NCBI GenBank assembly: GCA_977018835.1
Contig: OZ361258.1
Coordinates: 2,418,001 to 2,482,000, forward strand
Direction: 5' to 3'
Source: Minutocellus sp. GHC0000111
Taxonomy: Eukaryota
DNA length: 64,000 bases
Position numbers and translations under genes: made by a program. Positions 1 to 11,794 of this stretch are shown here, piece by piece (the stretch's first letter is position 1; each line of letters begins with the position of its first letter). The notes beneath the pieces were generated by a model. It ran no database searches. It was not told where the DNA came from and saw only the letters and a program-made list of their open reading frames with translations.

Positions 1-179
1 CGTTTGTGCCAAAAATGCTTATTGCAAGCGATTTCCCCCTCTATTCTGATTTCTTTGGACACCCCCTTTATGGGTCGGCGGCAAAGCATCAATCAAGAAT
101 TCCCCTTCGGGGGTAAATGAAGGTTACATGTATGAATTTCTACGTAGACTACCGCAAACGGTATCTTAGAAGCTATACT

Positions 180-2764
180 TTACCACTTGTCCTTCACAAA
201 CAAGTCATCGAGAGAATCTCGTCGTGACTGTCGACTCTGCTGCCCGTCATTGATGTGAGCGAAGAGAGCTGCATCGCTGTCGTCGAGACTCCGGCCCTTC
301 ATATTATTCCGGCGGCGTTGCTGCTGTTGCCGCTGAGAGCTTCGGGCGATGGAGGCTGCAAGGTTACTGCCGGCATTTGGATTGCCACCTGCCAGCCTGG
401 ACGATGCAGCAGGTGGGTCAAAATATGAATCCAACCCGGCCAGATCGCCCAACGAATTGAGACTATCGCCGAGGCTGGAATCGACGTGACCTAGAATGCC
501 AACTTCCTCATCTCCTACTAGCTTTTTGGATTGCTTCGATGCCTGGCTATTTCTCGTGAAAAGACCGCCAAGCATGGACTTGCCCTTGGATGGTTTACTG
601 CTGGTAGAAGAAGAGGTATTGCTGCGACTCACTGATGAAGAAGATGACGCGACGGCAGCAGCAGCCTTACGGGCAGTATCGCTGTTTGTACTGCTGGATC
701 TTCGCGGTCTTTCTCGGTTATCAGAGGAAGAACGTCGGCCATGTTGCTGCCTTTGTTGCTGTGGTTGATATCTGGACGGAGGTGCCGGTCCCTTGCTACC
801 AGGTGACCTTTGTTGTCGGCCCTGGGACGGCGGCGGTCCCTTTCGAGGTCGACCACCGGCTGTGCCAACGAGTCCAGCACTGTTGTTACTAGTCCCAGGG
901 GGGCGATTGGGCCTGGCTGCTGGTCTTGTCGGCGTCGATGTGGATGTGGGTGCAGTAGCTGCAGGATTCGACCTGGGCTCTCTCTTGGCATTGGCCGTTT
1001 TTTGTTGTTGGTTCCGATGCTGCTTCTTGGTCGTCTTGTAGCTGGAGCTGGTATTGGCATCAAAGCTGTCATTACCCCAGTTGGCAAAGTCTGCGAAGGA
1101 GTCGTTGCCTCCGTCCAGAATGTCGATGGGCTTGGTGGCGAGGATGGCCTTGGCAGCGTTCGGTGAAGAAGTCGGTGATGTGGTAAAGCTGCTTCGTTTC
1201 TTTCTCGCGGGTGCTAGTGGCTGCATCACGACGGACGTAGGCACAGGAAGATCATTTCGAGTCTTGGCGTTGACGGAGTCATTGATGGCTTTATCCTTGG
1301 AGGTCACGAGTTCCGGATCGGGGAAAACATTCATCGAATCCTCAGTAATTGATGGCATTGTCTTCTTCGGTTTATTTGCAATTGGCTGTAGGTCATTTAG
1401 TTCGTCATTCATTTCGGCCGAAATTTCCGAAAGGTCCATGCTCACCTCACCGAAGCACGAGGTTGAGGCACCTGCATCGGGCTCTCCACCCGTTACTGCC
1501 GTAGCGATGGCTTGAACGTCGGCGAGATCATCAAGAGTGAAAGATCCCTCCTGCACCTGATCGCGCTTTGGACACCTTGATCGTCTACCAGCGCTGCCCT
1601 TCTTTCTGGAGCCATAATTTCTAGAAGTGTCTTCGCACGGATTGGAGTCAGAATGAGGAGACGAGAAGGCCGCCATTGCGTCCACGAGGGATAGGGAGGC
1701 ATCAGCGTTGCTCAGATCGATATTGTCGCGCTCGATGAATTGTGTGTCAAAGACCATGGAGACTTCGGCATGGTCGTTATCGAAGCCATTGCCATTGTCA
1801 TTTCCATCCTCCTCGCTGCTGGGAGTTTCGTCGCTGTCGTATTGGACCTCCTCGTCCTCTTCGAGGTAATCATCGTCGTCACCAAACAAACTCCGGAGTT
1901 TCTCTGCTCTCCTCATGCCTCCCTCGCTTTTGGTGGGGTCCAGGATGCAGACATCTTCCAAACTCTCTCCGTGATGGTCGGTCCAGCGGATGGTCTTGCG
2001 ATATCTCCATCGGAATGGACCGTGTCTTCGTCATCGGTTTCGTCGTCAGAGAAGAGAGAACGGTTGGACCCACCTGGAGGCGCCGAGCTAGATCTGAGTC
2101 GTGCCATCTTTTGTGTGCCGATCTGATCGCGGCGGGAAAGCAATCGACCTCGAGACGAAGGAGTACTACCATTGTTGGCCTCGGCCTCAGTATCGTCGAC
2201 TCTTGCCGCCGCCTCTCGGCGGGCCCTTCTCCTCTCTTCCACACCATTCATCATGGCCTGTAGATCATCGTCAAAGGCCCCGTCTCCTCTACCCGTACTA
2301 GAAGTGGCTTTGACAGTAGGTGCCGAGCTCGAACTGTTCGTATTTCGAGCACTGCTGCCGCCACTCTGTCCTGTTACCAGGCCATGCTCTTCCTCAGCCT
2401 TTTGCACGAAAGTTTCTAGTCTTTCCAGGTCCTCATCGGATCGCGAACGACGCAGTCTAGTAGTCGTAGTCTTGGTGACGCTACCGCTCTTTTTTGTAGT
2501 AGACGAATTGCGGGCCGTTTTGGGAGTCCAGGGATTCGTCGGTAGTGCTCTGACACTGGTACTTCCACTGCTATTTGCGCCGCTGCTTTTGTTGTACGGA
2601 TCATACTGATCGTCGTACGTTTCCGTCGACGATGGGTCGGTGGAGGCAGTGTCGTCGCTGCCTAAAGACCGGCCCGAGTCCAAACGCTTGGCAGCCGCCT
2701 GGATATCCACATCTGTAGCAGCAGCGCCGTTGTCAGATATGCTTGCAATGGCCGTTCGACTCAT
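180..2764 (-). CDS. Large low-complexity (S/T/D/Q-rich) hypothetical protein; two ORFs joined by a probable 1-bp frameshift near 1916
   Basis: ORFs 1913-2764 and 180-1961 overlap. Adding one A at GCA|TGA gives a continuous ...PPKAREA-MRRAEKLRSLFG. No domain recognised. Confidence 0.6.
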
Positions 2765-3485
2765 GGCTTCATATAGTTGCCTCTGCTAAATCGTAGATAC
2801 AACTGCCGTCCGATTCGACCACGAGTAGTCTACGAGCTACAAGGACGAGAGGAGGAAGAGTTTTGATTGGAGGGAAGGAGCAGCAACCAGCTCAAAATGA
2901 CCGGCCGCAAGCAGCCAGCAACACGATGTGCCAGGCACCAGGATTAAAGTCACGCCGGGGCTGCCTGACAGTCAGGGCAGCGACGGTATCTCAGATAGAT
3001 AGGTTGGTCAGCGCCGATAACAATCTGTACATGAAGAGAGATTTGGCTGGGCCTCTTCCAGGCGTGTGGTCGTTATTTAATGAGATCGTAGAGATGAAGA
3101 ATGGCGCCATAATTTAATGACGTGGCAATCCCGAATTTTCGCGTGTGGCATACGTGCTTGGTTTTCTGTATGACGTAAGAGTGATGGATGAGAGGACTGA
3201 CTCGACTCTACTCTACGTAGCTAGCTACGTACCTAGAGGTAGGCCTGCAAAACGCGCCACACGCAACTCCATGTACCTAGAGGTACGGTACCGCATTCTA
3301 ATATCAGTGTTTATGGGTACATAGGAATGAAGCCCTGCTGGTCAATGTCTCTGATGAGGAAAGGTATACACACACATGTCAAAAACCAACCCGCCCACAG
3401 AGCAGGAAGAAAGACAATACATTGTACACTCCATGCACCGAGATTCAAATGCATCGAATCTAAAGATCTAGACTCTCCTCTAGAT

Positions 3486-5304
3486 CTACATGCTCAGATG
3501 CTTTGGGTGCACGCAAAAGTCCCATTCCGATTTTCCTTCTCCTTCTTCCGATGTGCAGCCAGGGACCGTACCTTTCGGGTTGTCTTCATCTCGTTCAAAG
3601 CAAACCATGTCACCCCTTCAGATTCACAAAGCAAAACAAAAAAGATGTCGGTAAGGTACAGCACACCCACATACACAGTAGTATAAAACAAGAGAGCAAA
3701 AGCAAGCCAGTAAAGCCACACATCGATCGATCGAACATACCTGCACTCATCATCTGGGAAAACAAGGAACCCAGGAAGAAGTGGAAAAATTAGGGCGAGA
3801 TGAGAAGGTAGGTGAAGATATTATTTCATGTCAGAGATTGAACAGTACGGAAGATAAGTGAATGTACGGATGAACCAAATACAAACTTACCGCTGTCACA
3901 ATCGCCCACGCAATGTCTTAATTTAGCCCCATCCTCCACGTCTCCATCGTTGGCTTCTATAAGTCCCTTCTCATCATCGTCATCATCATCATCATCGTCC
4001 TCATCTTCGTCATAATCGTCCCAATCATCTTTGTCAACACTGTACAATAGTAGAATAAAAGTAGAAATACATTGTGTGAGAGTCAGTTGTGTATCCCGAC
4101 ACAATATAGAAGTTCTACTTCTTCAGCTTCGCTCAAAATGATTCGATTCTGTCACCAGGCCAGCAAAGGAAACAAAACCTGAACATTAAGTTCGCATTGC
4201 AGCTTTATCTCCAATCAAAAACAAGCACACCTACCAATAATCCCAGCCAGAACTACCTCTACCGTCCTTCTCTGTGCATCCGGGGACCGGGCCCTTGTCA
4301 CCGTCCTCTCGCTCAAAGCATACGAGGTCTCCGCGACAGTCGTCGTCTGCCGTTCGTCGAGTCATAGAGAAACAAAGTCAGTACGTGAGAGAATGATCAT
4401 GCCAGAACCATCACACTTCGATCTTCTTGCATTCATGCATGTACTCACCCGAGTCGCAGTCACCGCTGCACCGGCCTACAGGCTCAGAGACGTCACCAGC
4501 GATGTCTCGCAGACCCTTCTCGTCGTCATCGCCATCGTAATCATCTTCATCGACGTCATCGTCCTCCTCCTCCCAACCCTCATCATCGATCCAACGGATC
4601 TCCCAATACATGGTATCGGTCTTCACGGCCTTCCAGCACTTTTGATCGTAAATTTTGTCTCCATTGTAGTCACCATTGGACCTCGGCCGGTGATTCATCG
4701 TTACACACCGATCTCTGCCGTCATCAACGGCTTTTTTGGGATTCAGCGCAAACTTTTCATCCTCGTCCGCTTCAAAGCCGCGGAAGAGTTGCCTGTCCTC
4801 ACTATCGTCGCATTCCTCCAATTCATACTTCTCACCCTGTTCGTCGTTCCGCGTCACGCAAAGGTCGTCCGGACCAGACAGGACGTTCTTCGTCCTGAAC
4901 TGCACGTACTTGCTGGTAACCTGCACGGCCTGCCATCTCTGGGCACGAATGTCCCGACATGGCTGAGTGATGATGGTATCGCCGGGGTTGCACCCCTTCT
5001 GGCCGACGCATTGCCAACACCAGTGCTTCCCCCGGTACTCCCACTTGATTCCCTCTGTATACCAAAGCTTCATCTGAAATTTGTTGGTCACATCTGCAAG
5101 CTTTCTTCGTCTTGCTTTCTTGCCGTTGCCGATGTCGTTGGCGGCAGGCGCATGGGCATGAGCGACCTCGTTATCGAGACCGCCAAGGCCTGGTGCTGGA
5201 CTGTCAACGCCGCGTAGCGAAGACTCTCCTGCCACGGCGGAGGCAAGGAAGGGGAGGAGAAGCGCCGCTATCGCTGCTCTCTTCATCGTTACCGATACCG
5301 TCAT
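3486..5304 (-). CDS. Secreted frustulin-like cell-wall protein: ricin-B-like (QxW) region plus two acidic cysteine-rich (ACR) domains; 5 exons
   Basis: Exons 5304-4449, 4346-4235, 4039-3891, 3753-3741 and 3615-3486, all GT-AG and in phase. Signal peptide MKRAAIAALLLPFLASAVAG and an RRKL site. Repeats CSGDCDSDDDCRGDLVCFERE..PVPGC..GWDYC and CVGDCDSDDECRGDMVCFERD..VPGC..WDFC match the frustulin C-x-G-D-C-D repeat. Confidence 0.8.
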
Positions 5305-5559
5305 TGTTTCCCCACTATTTTTGACGAAGATCAGCGGTAGCGGTGCATTGTGGCATTTTTGCGGTGCGGTCGGCCAACGGAAAAAAAGGTCACAAGCAAT
5401 AGTACATCGACCTATTCCTGAGCTCATCAATGTACGTACGCACGCCGTACCAAAGATACTTACCACGATCAGGTGACAACTTGATTGCTGATTGATGATG
5501 AAGCACCTTGTGGACTGAACCATAACCACCCAATCCCTCTCTTCCAATAGCACTGAAGA

Positions 5560-6217
5560 ATGATCCGCCCCACCCTCCTCCTCCTCGTTGCCAGCCTCGG
5601 CATCGCCGCCGCCTTCTTCCGTCCCGCCGAGCCTCATCAGGTCCCGGCCGAGACCGTCCCCGTCACCGCCTTTGAGCGCGATCTTGACTTCGTCGAACAC
5701 GACGATCTGGACAATCCGGACATCCCCGAGGATCCCAGCCTCCAGGCGGCTCGCAAGTGTGGCTTCTGCATTGGAGTGAGTTGATCCCTCGTGCTTTTGA
5801 TTTATTCATTATTGTGTTTTGTCCTGATTTGATGCCTTGGCCTTCACTGGATATGAAACGAACACACGTACAAGTGCTACATTTGCGCCTTGATGTTTCT
5901 TTCTGTTGACACGTCCGTCCGCATCGGATTTGCCTACATAAAAGATACCTTTTTTGTTTTCATCGGCTCTCACTCACACTCGATCTGTTGCCTCACTCCA
6001 TATTCATTCCTTCTTTGCCTGATATGCAGTGAGCCGGGCAGACGGTAAGTCCATTATTATTATCCCAATCCAAGAATTCAATTCGACGGTGCTTCTCGCT
6101 ACCCCTCTTGACACATATGCAGATAAAGATAGATTCGCTGATTTCATCTCACCCACTCTCCCTTCGCTTATCCTCATGCAATTCACTCCACAGAACTGCC
6201 CCGTCTCCGGCTTGTAA
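5560..6217 (+). CDS. Putative small secreted selenoprotein (84 aa, Sec73 in CGFCIG-U-AGQTNCPVSGL); 3 exons
   Basis: Exon 1 is 5560-5775 (donor GTGAGT). Micro-exon 6030-6044 reads TGA GCC GGG CAG ACG (acceptor TGCAG, donor GTAAGT). Exon 3 is 6194-6217 ending in TAA. All junctions phase 0. Hydrophobic N-terminus; SECIS-like element downstream. Confidence 0.7.
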
Positions 6218-6566
6218 CTCTCCTTAGAGTTACGATGCCGTTGAGACGATGAGCCAGTTTGTCGCAGGATTTTCATTGTCGACGGGTGTTCCGTGTTCCT
6301 CTCCGCAAATGGAGACGACAGGAAACGCACCGCCGACCTTCAAAATATCAACGCAATGTTGTAGTACAGCGAGAAGCTTGACATGCAAGCCCAGCTCCAC
6401 GTTGTAGTCCAATCAAACGATCTGATCGAATCTTAACACCAAGATACTTTTTCACGTTCTGTCAAGGATTTGCAAGAGCTCGGTAGCGCACGGTTTTCAG
6501 GAAGCAAAGGAGTTTTGTCATGATTGCTTATTTACATGTCATGGCCAATACTTTGGACATCCCACC

Positions 6567-6627
6567 CGACGTAAATGACGGTCCGAGAATACCTCAAGGA
6601 TAGGATCCGGACTTGATGTAACGCTTC
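6567..6627 (+). promoter_or_regulatory. Candidate eukaryotic SECIS element in the 3' UTR of the 5560-6217 gene
   Basis: ATGA (6575-6578), 9 nt, AA (6588-6589), 25 nt, GA (6615-6616). Helix II GGTCCG(A)GA pairs with TCCGGACT; possible apical mini-stem. Helix I is weak by eye. Confidence 0.6.
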
Positions 6628-6813
6628 AGTCTTCCACACTGGCTGCTGCAATTGGTTTCGGGGAAGATAGGGACCACAGTACTTCTTTGGTGCCGCCCTG
6701 TGCTGTCGAGAAACGGGGATTGATTCATCCATATTTTTAAATATATCTTATTGGTGAATAATCTAAACCTCTCTTTTGTACGTCAAGTGATATGCCATCG
6801 CAAAAAAATTTAA

Positions 6814-8049
6814 TCATGTCATCAAAGACAGGAAGCCACCGAATTTGAAGCAGGAAAAATAGGCCGCCTCGGTGGTAGATATTCCATTACTAGTAGTAAG
6901 CTCTTCCTGATCAAAATTGTTTTCATCGGCGGCCTCTGCATCCTGGTCCTGAAAGACAAGATGATCTTCCTCTTCATCACCATCCCATGAGGAGGACGAT
7001 GGGAATGAAGGAATGGAGAGAAGATCACCGGCCTCGCTACCCATGATACTGGAAGCCACGGAGGAGCTGATGGAGGGGACGATATGGGGATGCACCTGAG
7101 TGAGATTATCAGAGGAAAAGTAGGCAGATGTGGTATCAGAATCATCAGCCAGTCCTTCTTCGTCCTCTTCATAAAACTCGACTGTGTCAAAGGAGTTGCT
7201 CTGAGTGATATTGAGAAGCCCTTGAATGTCCACACGAATTCCTTCGGGGGATGCAGTTGTCTCACTTGTAGGATCTGTCTCACTTTTAGGACGCTTCTCT
7301 TCTTTGGAAGAAGGCGCGGCCCCATCAGAAGCTTCCGTCTCCACTTTGTCGTCATCGCTGGAGTCGCAGTCACTGAAGAAGGATGTATCAGGGACAGTGC
7401 TGGGCGTAGTGATGATCTCATATCCGGACTGGCGAAAGACGTTGTTTGCCGAAAAGTGGTTTGCGTTGAAAGCCTCGAGATCGAAGGATGCAAACGAAGC
7501 GTCATCTCCGAAGGACTTTTTGACCGACTGACTATCGCTAGTCATGAGCTGGAGAGATATCGGCTTCGAAGGAAGCCATTCATGCATTTCAACGACGCTT
7601 AGGTTCTCATTCCAACTTGCATCGTCCTCGCGAATGAATGCGTCGACGTTGCGAGGGTCAATTGAGTCGGCTTCTTGGTTGTCACTACTTTCATCCTCGT
7701 CTCCGCCGAGTATGGGCTTGGCCTGATCAATGGAAGGAAAAGTGCATCTGTCCCTTCGGCTTTCACCCATCTTCTTTCTGGAAGCGATTTTCTGGGTGAA
7801 CTTCTTGAGGCTGGGAATATTGACGATGCACAGAAGAGGATTTTTACTGCCAAAATGTTCATGTCGTTTCTCGAACGGTCTCGTGGTCTCAATGATGCCG
7901 TCAAAATCCTTGTCATCCGTGAGCCAGCTCCAGCACTTTGGCGAGTGTGACTCCTTTTCTTGACATGGAACTGAAGAATCTTTTTTGGCGGGTTTGCTCT
8001 CGGTCTTGTGGTTGGCGACATTCTTCTTTTTTGTTGAATTGGAGATCAT
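6814..8049 (-). CDS. Acidic, Ser-rich hypothetical protein
   Basis: Uninterrupted ORF of about 410 aa from the first ATG (MISNSTKKK). No domain recognised. Confidence 0.6.
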   Translation of the reverse strand: MISNSTKKKNVANHKTESKPAKKDSSVPCQEKESHSPKCWSWLTDDKDFDGIIETTRPFEKRHEHFGSKNPLLCIVNIPSLKKFTQKIASRKKMGESRRDRCTFPSIDQAKPILGGDEDESSDNQEADSIDPRNVDAFIREDDASWNENLSVVEMHEWLPSKPISLQLMTSDSQSVKKSFGDDASFASFDLEAFNANHFSANNVFRQSGYEIITTPSTVPDTSFFSDCDSSDDDKVETEASDGAAPSSKEEKRPKSETDPTSETTASPEGIRVDIQGLLNITQSNSFDTVEFYEEDEEGLADDSDTTSAYFSSDNLTQVHPHIVPSISSSVASSIMGSEAGDLLSIPSFPSSSSWDGDEEEDHLVFQDQDAEAADENNFDQEELTTSNGISTTEAAYFSCFKFGGFLSLMT

Positions 8050-8129
8050 ATTCGACTGGGCGATATCATTACTAGTAGAGTTTGACGTGCTACGCACATT
8101 CTTGTTATCTACATGTGTTGAGGTAATGA

Positions 8130-9359
8130 TTATGCATTTTCCTCTTCTTCTTCCTCTTCATCTTGATGACCAGGGATGAATCCAACATATCGTTCACCTT
8201 TATCATTTGGATAAATGAACCTAATGCAAAAGACTAGACAGGTTGGCAAGGGCTTCCGATCAAGCCAACCTCTCACATGATACACCTCAGTTGCATAGTA
8301 CCAATACAGCATGTTCCTCTTCAAATTATTTGCCATGGCTTCGACTGGCATGGTGGTTGCGTAGTATTTGTCAGCGATATCCTCCAGGTCCTCCTCCGTC
8401 GGCACCAGCATTTCTTCGCAGACGCATTTCTGAAAGAAGAGTGTGCCGTACATTGAGCAGCTTCGGTTGGCGGCAGTGCAGCAAGCAGGGGGTATTGGCG
8501 GCCTCTCTCTGGTCTCGTCCCAATTACCGAATGTGTCTGCCTCCGGCGCTGCCGTCGGATCATCGTCGGCTTCCTCACAAACGGCCGCAACAAGAGCATC
8601 CGTGTCCGATCTGATCGCTGCTGATGGCCCACCATCTACCTGCAGAAGTTGGCCCATTCCAACAATATCAAAATCAACTAGTCCAATCCCAGCAGTAGAG
8701 TGTATGTCATCATATGGAGCCACATGCCATCGGTGGAACTTTGTCAATTTGATCACATGGCCCTGTTGTAGACTTCGGGCCTTTTCGGTAATTGTCAGGG
8801 CAACACGAGCGACGATAAGCTTTCCGCTTCCATCAAGCAAAGTAAGCGATGTGGTGTTGAAAGGTCGGCCGTGCGCAGCAAGAGCCGATCCAATATCGAT
8901 CCGTTTCCCATGAAGTTGAAATATAGGGAAGAATTCAGGTCCGGCGTCAAACATGGGATCTTGCAATTGATCGACGATGCCGACCGTCAGCCTCAACTTC
9001 ACATCAGCCACGGACAGGTTGGTAACTACGAGGCCGGGCCGCTCAGCAGCGACATCAATATCATCCCGAACATGATACTTATCAGCGCGAGCCTCGACTG
9101 CTTTGACAAGATGTTGAAGTGCATGGCCGACGCCGGGATTGTTCCATAATTCTCGTCCTTGTCCGTTCGGGTCGTTCTCCAACGTGACGGCGAGGCCCTC
9201 CAGTATCTCGGTAACGGCGTCTTTCGCTTTGTCCTCCGCCTTCTCTTTCTTCTTGTCAACAGGCAAAATCGGGCGACCGGAGTTATCTGTCTTGAGTTTC
9301 CGCAACCGCGTATCTGCGTTGTGGGCCGGGCCGGCACTATTATCAGCGCTGCGCTTCAT
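8130..9359 (-). CDS. OB-fold-like plus P2X7-ballast/KolX-like Cys-rich domain protein, possibly transposon-derived
   Basis: Intronless 409-aa ORF. The C-terminus CC..C..CVC..NNLKRNMLYWYY..G..RKPLPTCLVFCIRFIYP..RYVGF resembles the P2RX7 C-terminal (ballast) signature R..LP.C.V..IR..FP...Y.GF. LTLLDGSG..G.VIKL.KF resembles an RPA-type OB fold. Confidence 0.55.
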   Translation of the reverse strand: MKRSADNSAGPAHNADTRLRKLKTDNSGRPILPVDKKKEKAEDKAKDAVTEILEGLAVTLENDPNGQGRELWNNPGVGHALQHLVKAVEARADKYHVRDDIDVAAERPGLVVTNLSVADVKLRLTVGIVDQLQDPMFDAGPEFFPIFQLHGKRIDIGSALAAHGRPFNTTSLTLLDGSGKLIVARVALTITEKARSLQQGHVIKLTKFHRWHVAPYDDIHSTAGIGLVDFDIVGMGQLLQVDGGPSAAIRSDTDALVAAVCEEADDDPTAAPEADTFGNWDETRERPPIPPACCTAANRSCSMYGTLFFQKCVCEEMLVPTEEDLEDIADKYYATTMPVEAMANNLKRNMLYWYYATEVYHVRGWLDRKPLPTCLVFCIRFIYPNDKGERYVGFIPGHQDEEEEEEENA

Positions 9360-9606
9360 CGTAATGAAGAGGGGGCAGAGCGGCGATTCTCATGGTGGGG
9401 TCGAGTTTTTGTCATGCTTCGCTCGTCATAAGAAATAAGAATAAGGGGGATTAAAAACGGGGAAAATTATGGACAGCGCCCTCTTAACAATTATGGTGCA
9501 CCTCGGCCTCATTCCTCATTCTTCAAGCTCAGAGAAGAGGGCGAACACGAAGCGGCGCATGCCAAAGCCTGCGCGCGATCTCGTGAGCGAGGAAACAAGC
9601 AGCAGC

Positions 9607-10271
9607 ATGTCGGCAACGACCGCAGCAAACAATTGGTGGGTATCGGCCAAGCTTATCGCGGAAGCGGCCGCTGCCAAGACTCGGGTGGCGGCCGGCACCG
9701 CGAAGCTTAGGGCGGAGGTGGCCCTCATCGACAGGGAGATCAATGGGAGGAAAAACAGTTTGGGGTGGAAATGTACGATCACATGAGCCCGCTCATTTCG
9801 TCTGTCGACTTTTACACGGGCCCGATGTACGACGACGAGCAAATGACGGAGTTGGTCCGACCTCTGTTGATCCAGACCCACAAGGAGGTGGCTGCTCTGG
9901 AAGCCAAAGTCTCGCAGCTCAAGGAGGACGTTTCGGCCGCCGAGGTTGGTCGGACCAGTGCCTTTGGCGCCCAGTCCGATTCGGTACAGGACAAGTTCAA
10001 AAAGGCTGGAAACACCATTGCATCTGCAGGCGTGGAAGGAAAACTCAAGGCGGAGCTAAAATTATTGCAAAACAAAGTCACCGCCATCAAGCAAGAGATG
10101 GGCATCGAGTTGTTCGGCCAGTTTGCCACGCTGGAAGACCGAGAGAATTGGCTCCCGAAGGACCGTGTCGTAAGGGGTATCTATGATAGTTGCAGGCAAG
10201 ATATCGAGGCAATCGAGCTCAAGAGGCGACAGAAGCAGCAGGAACTAGCCGAACGTGGTTTTAATGGTTAG
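9607..10271 (+). CDS. Coiled-coil hypothetical protein with an internal duplication; 1-bp frameshift at the A-run 9751-9755
   Basis: Adding one A gives KLRAEVALIDREINGRKKQFGVEMY, which aligns with the second repeat KLKAELKLLQNKVTAIKQEMGIELF. Confidence 0.7.
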
Positions 10272-10409
10272 AGCCCGCTGGAGAGTGGAGGAAGCGAGAG
10301 GACGTTTTTCAGTTTAAAAACCAATTGCATATTTTTAAGTAATATCTTTTCAGCTTTTCAGCCCCCCACCAATTACCAAGGCTTGGCATTCAAATAAATG
10401 TTTGCAAAA

Positions 10410-11420
10410 TCAACTCCACGGAAGCAACCTCTTAAAAATGCCCCACCCACCAAATCCTTGACCATCAACGTATGCTTCCATTATAACTGGATCTAACATC
10501 ATGCTCACGAATCCATACAGATGGGGAGAGTACTGTCCAAGATAAATGACGGCCAGTGATATTCCCCTGGCTACCCAAGTCTCGCGAAAGAGAAATGCAG
10601 GCTTGCCCATCATGGCACTCAGCATCAGGCGAGATGCGCGCTCGGTATTCATCAGAGATCCCGGAATTGTTAGTGGTATGCTCTTCTTGTCGTCTGGTCG
10701 ATCACTTGCTGAAAAGATTTCTGTATCGATCGGCCCTGGACAAACAATGTCCACACGCAATTGAGACGGTGCCATTTCCGCTCTCAGACTTGCAAAGTAC
10801 CCATGCAGTGCATGCTTTGCAGCGGCATATGCGGCAGATACCGGCGTCCCCAGCCTTCCAGCAAGGGATGATGTTACAACGACATGACCGCCGCCATCCT
10901 TGGTGTCCCAATGGTCCAACTTCATCACTGCAGACGCTATCCGAATGTTGGCCATTAGATTCAATTCCAGTATGTGCCGGCTTTGGTCGGTGTCAACCTC
11001 AAGAGTTTGCTTTTCGATGAACTTTCCTGCATTGAGAATTAGTAGGTCAATCCCCCCAACGCCATTGATTATCTTTTGAATTGTCGCCTCGGTTTCATTC
11101 CCCGCCACGTCGAGCGGCACAATCGTTACTTGGCCAGGACAAGTGCTGGCCACCTCCTCCAGTTTGTCTTTCCGTCTTGCCACCAATATTAGGTGGGAGG
11201 AAGGCACGCTGGTACAAAGCTGTCGTGCCATTGCGGCACCGAGGCCAGAGGACGCACCAGTCAAAAGGATGCGTTTGTGGCCAAAGGCATGGTTGAGGTT
11301 GGTTGTGGTGTGGAACCATGCATCGTACACAAAGAGGGTGAGGTTGCAGTCCAGCACAAGGAGGAAGGATAGCAGTATGCCTCCGAGAGCAGCAACAATG
11401 AGACTGTGGGAGGTTGGCAT
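10410..11420 (-). CDS. Short-chain dehydrogenase/reductase, DHRS7-like, N-terminal membrane anchor
   Basis: TGASSGLG, NAG, catalytic S..YAAAK and CPGPIDT motifs. Confidence 0.9.
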   Translation of the reverse strand: MPTSHSLIVAALGGILLSFLLVLDCNLTLFVYDAWFHTTTNLNHAFGHKRILLTGASSGLGAAMARQLCTSVPSSHLILVARRKDKLEEVASTCPGQVTIVPLDVAGNETEATIQKIINGVGGIDLLILNAGKFIEKQTLEVDTDQSRHILELNLMANIRIASAVMKLDHWDTKDGGGHVVVTSSLAGRLGTPVSAAYAAAKHALHGYFASLRAEMAPSQLRVDIVCPGPIDTEIFSASDRPDDKKSIPLTIPGSLMNTERASRLMLSAMMGKPAFLFRETWVARGISLAVIYLGQYSPHLYGFVSMMLDPVIMEAYVDGQGFGGWGIFKRLLPWS

Positions 11421-11794
11421 GATGTGTAGCTACATGCAGAGAGCATGCTATGTAGGTATCGCTTCATCGTCGGCATCGTCGTCATGTCGCGTCACTAGCT
11501 ACGGTATGTACGTAGCTACGTAGTCTTGCATTTGCTTTCGTTGGTCTGGCCGCCGTCATCAAGTTGTGCCACTTGGCGGTTGCGCCATCCGCCATCGATC
11601 CATCCAATGCAAAAGAACAAAGAGTGAGGAAACGAGGAGGATATGCAGATACACCATTGTATTGTAGACGAGTATTGAGACTGCCCGAATCGTATCGCTT
11701 GCATCCCCCCAAACAGCATCTGGCGCATCTATAGTATCTTGTGCTCTTTGCACAGTTAGTGAGTCGAAATCAGAATAAATTATTGCTTCAAAAG

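Noticed and set aside
4411..5700. 429-aa ORF as a single protein
   Set aside because: Its first 130 or so codons are the promoter region and the antisense of the 5560 gene. The real start is at 5304/5286 and the gene is spliced.
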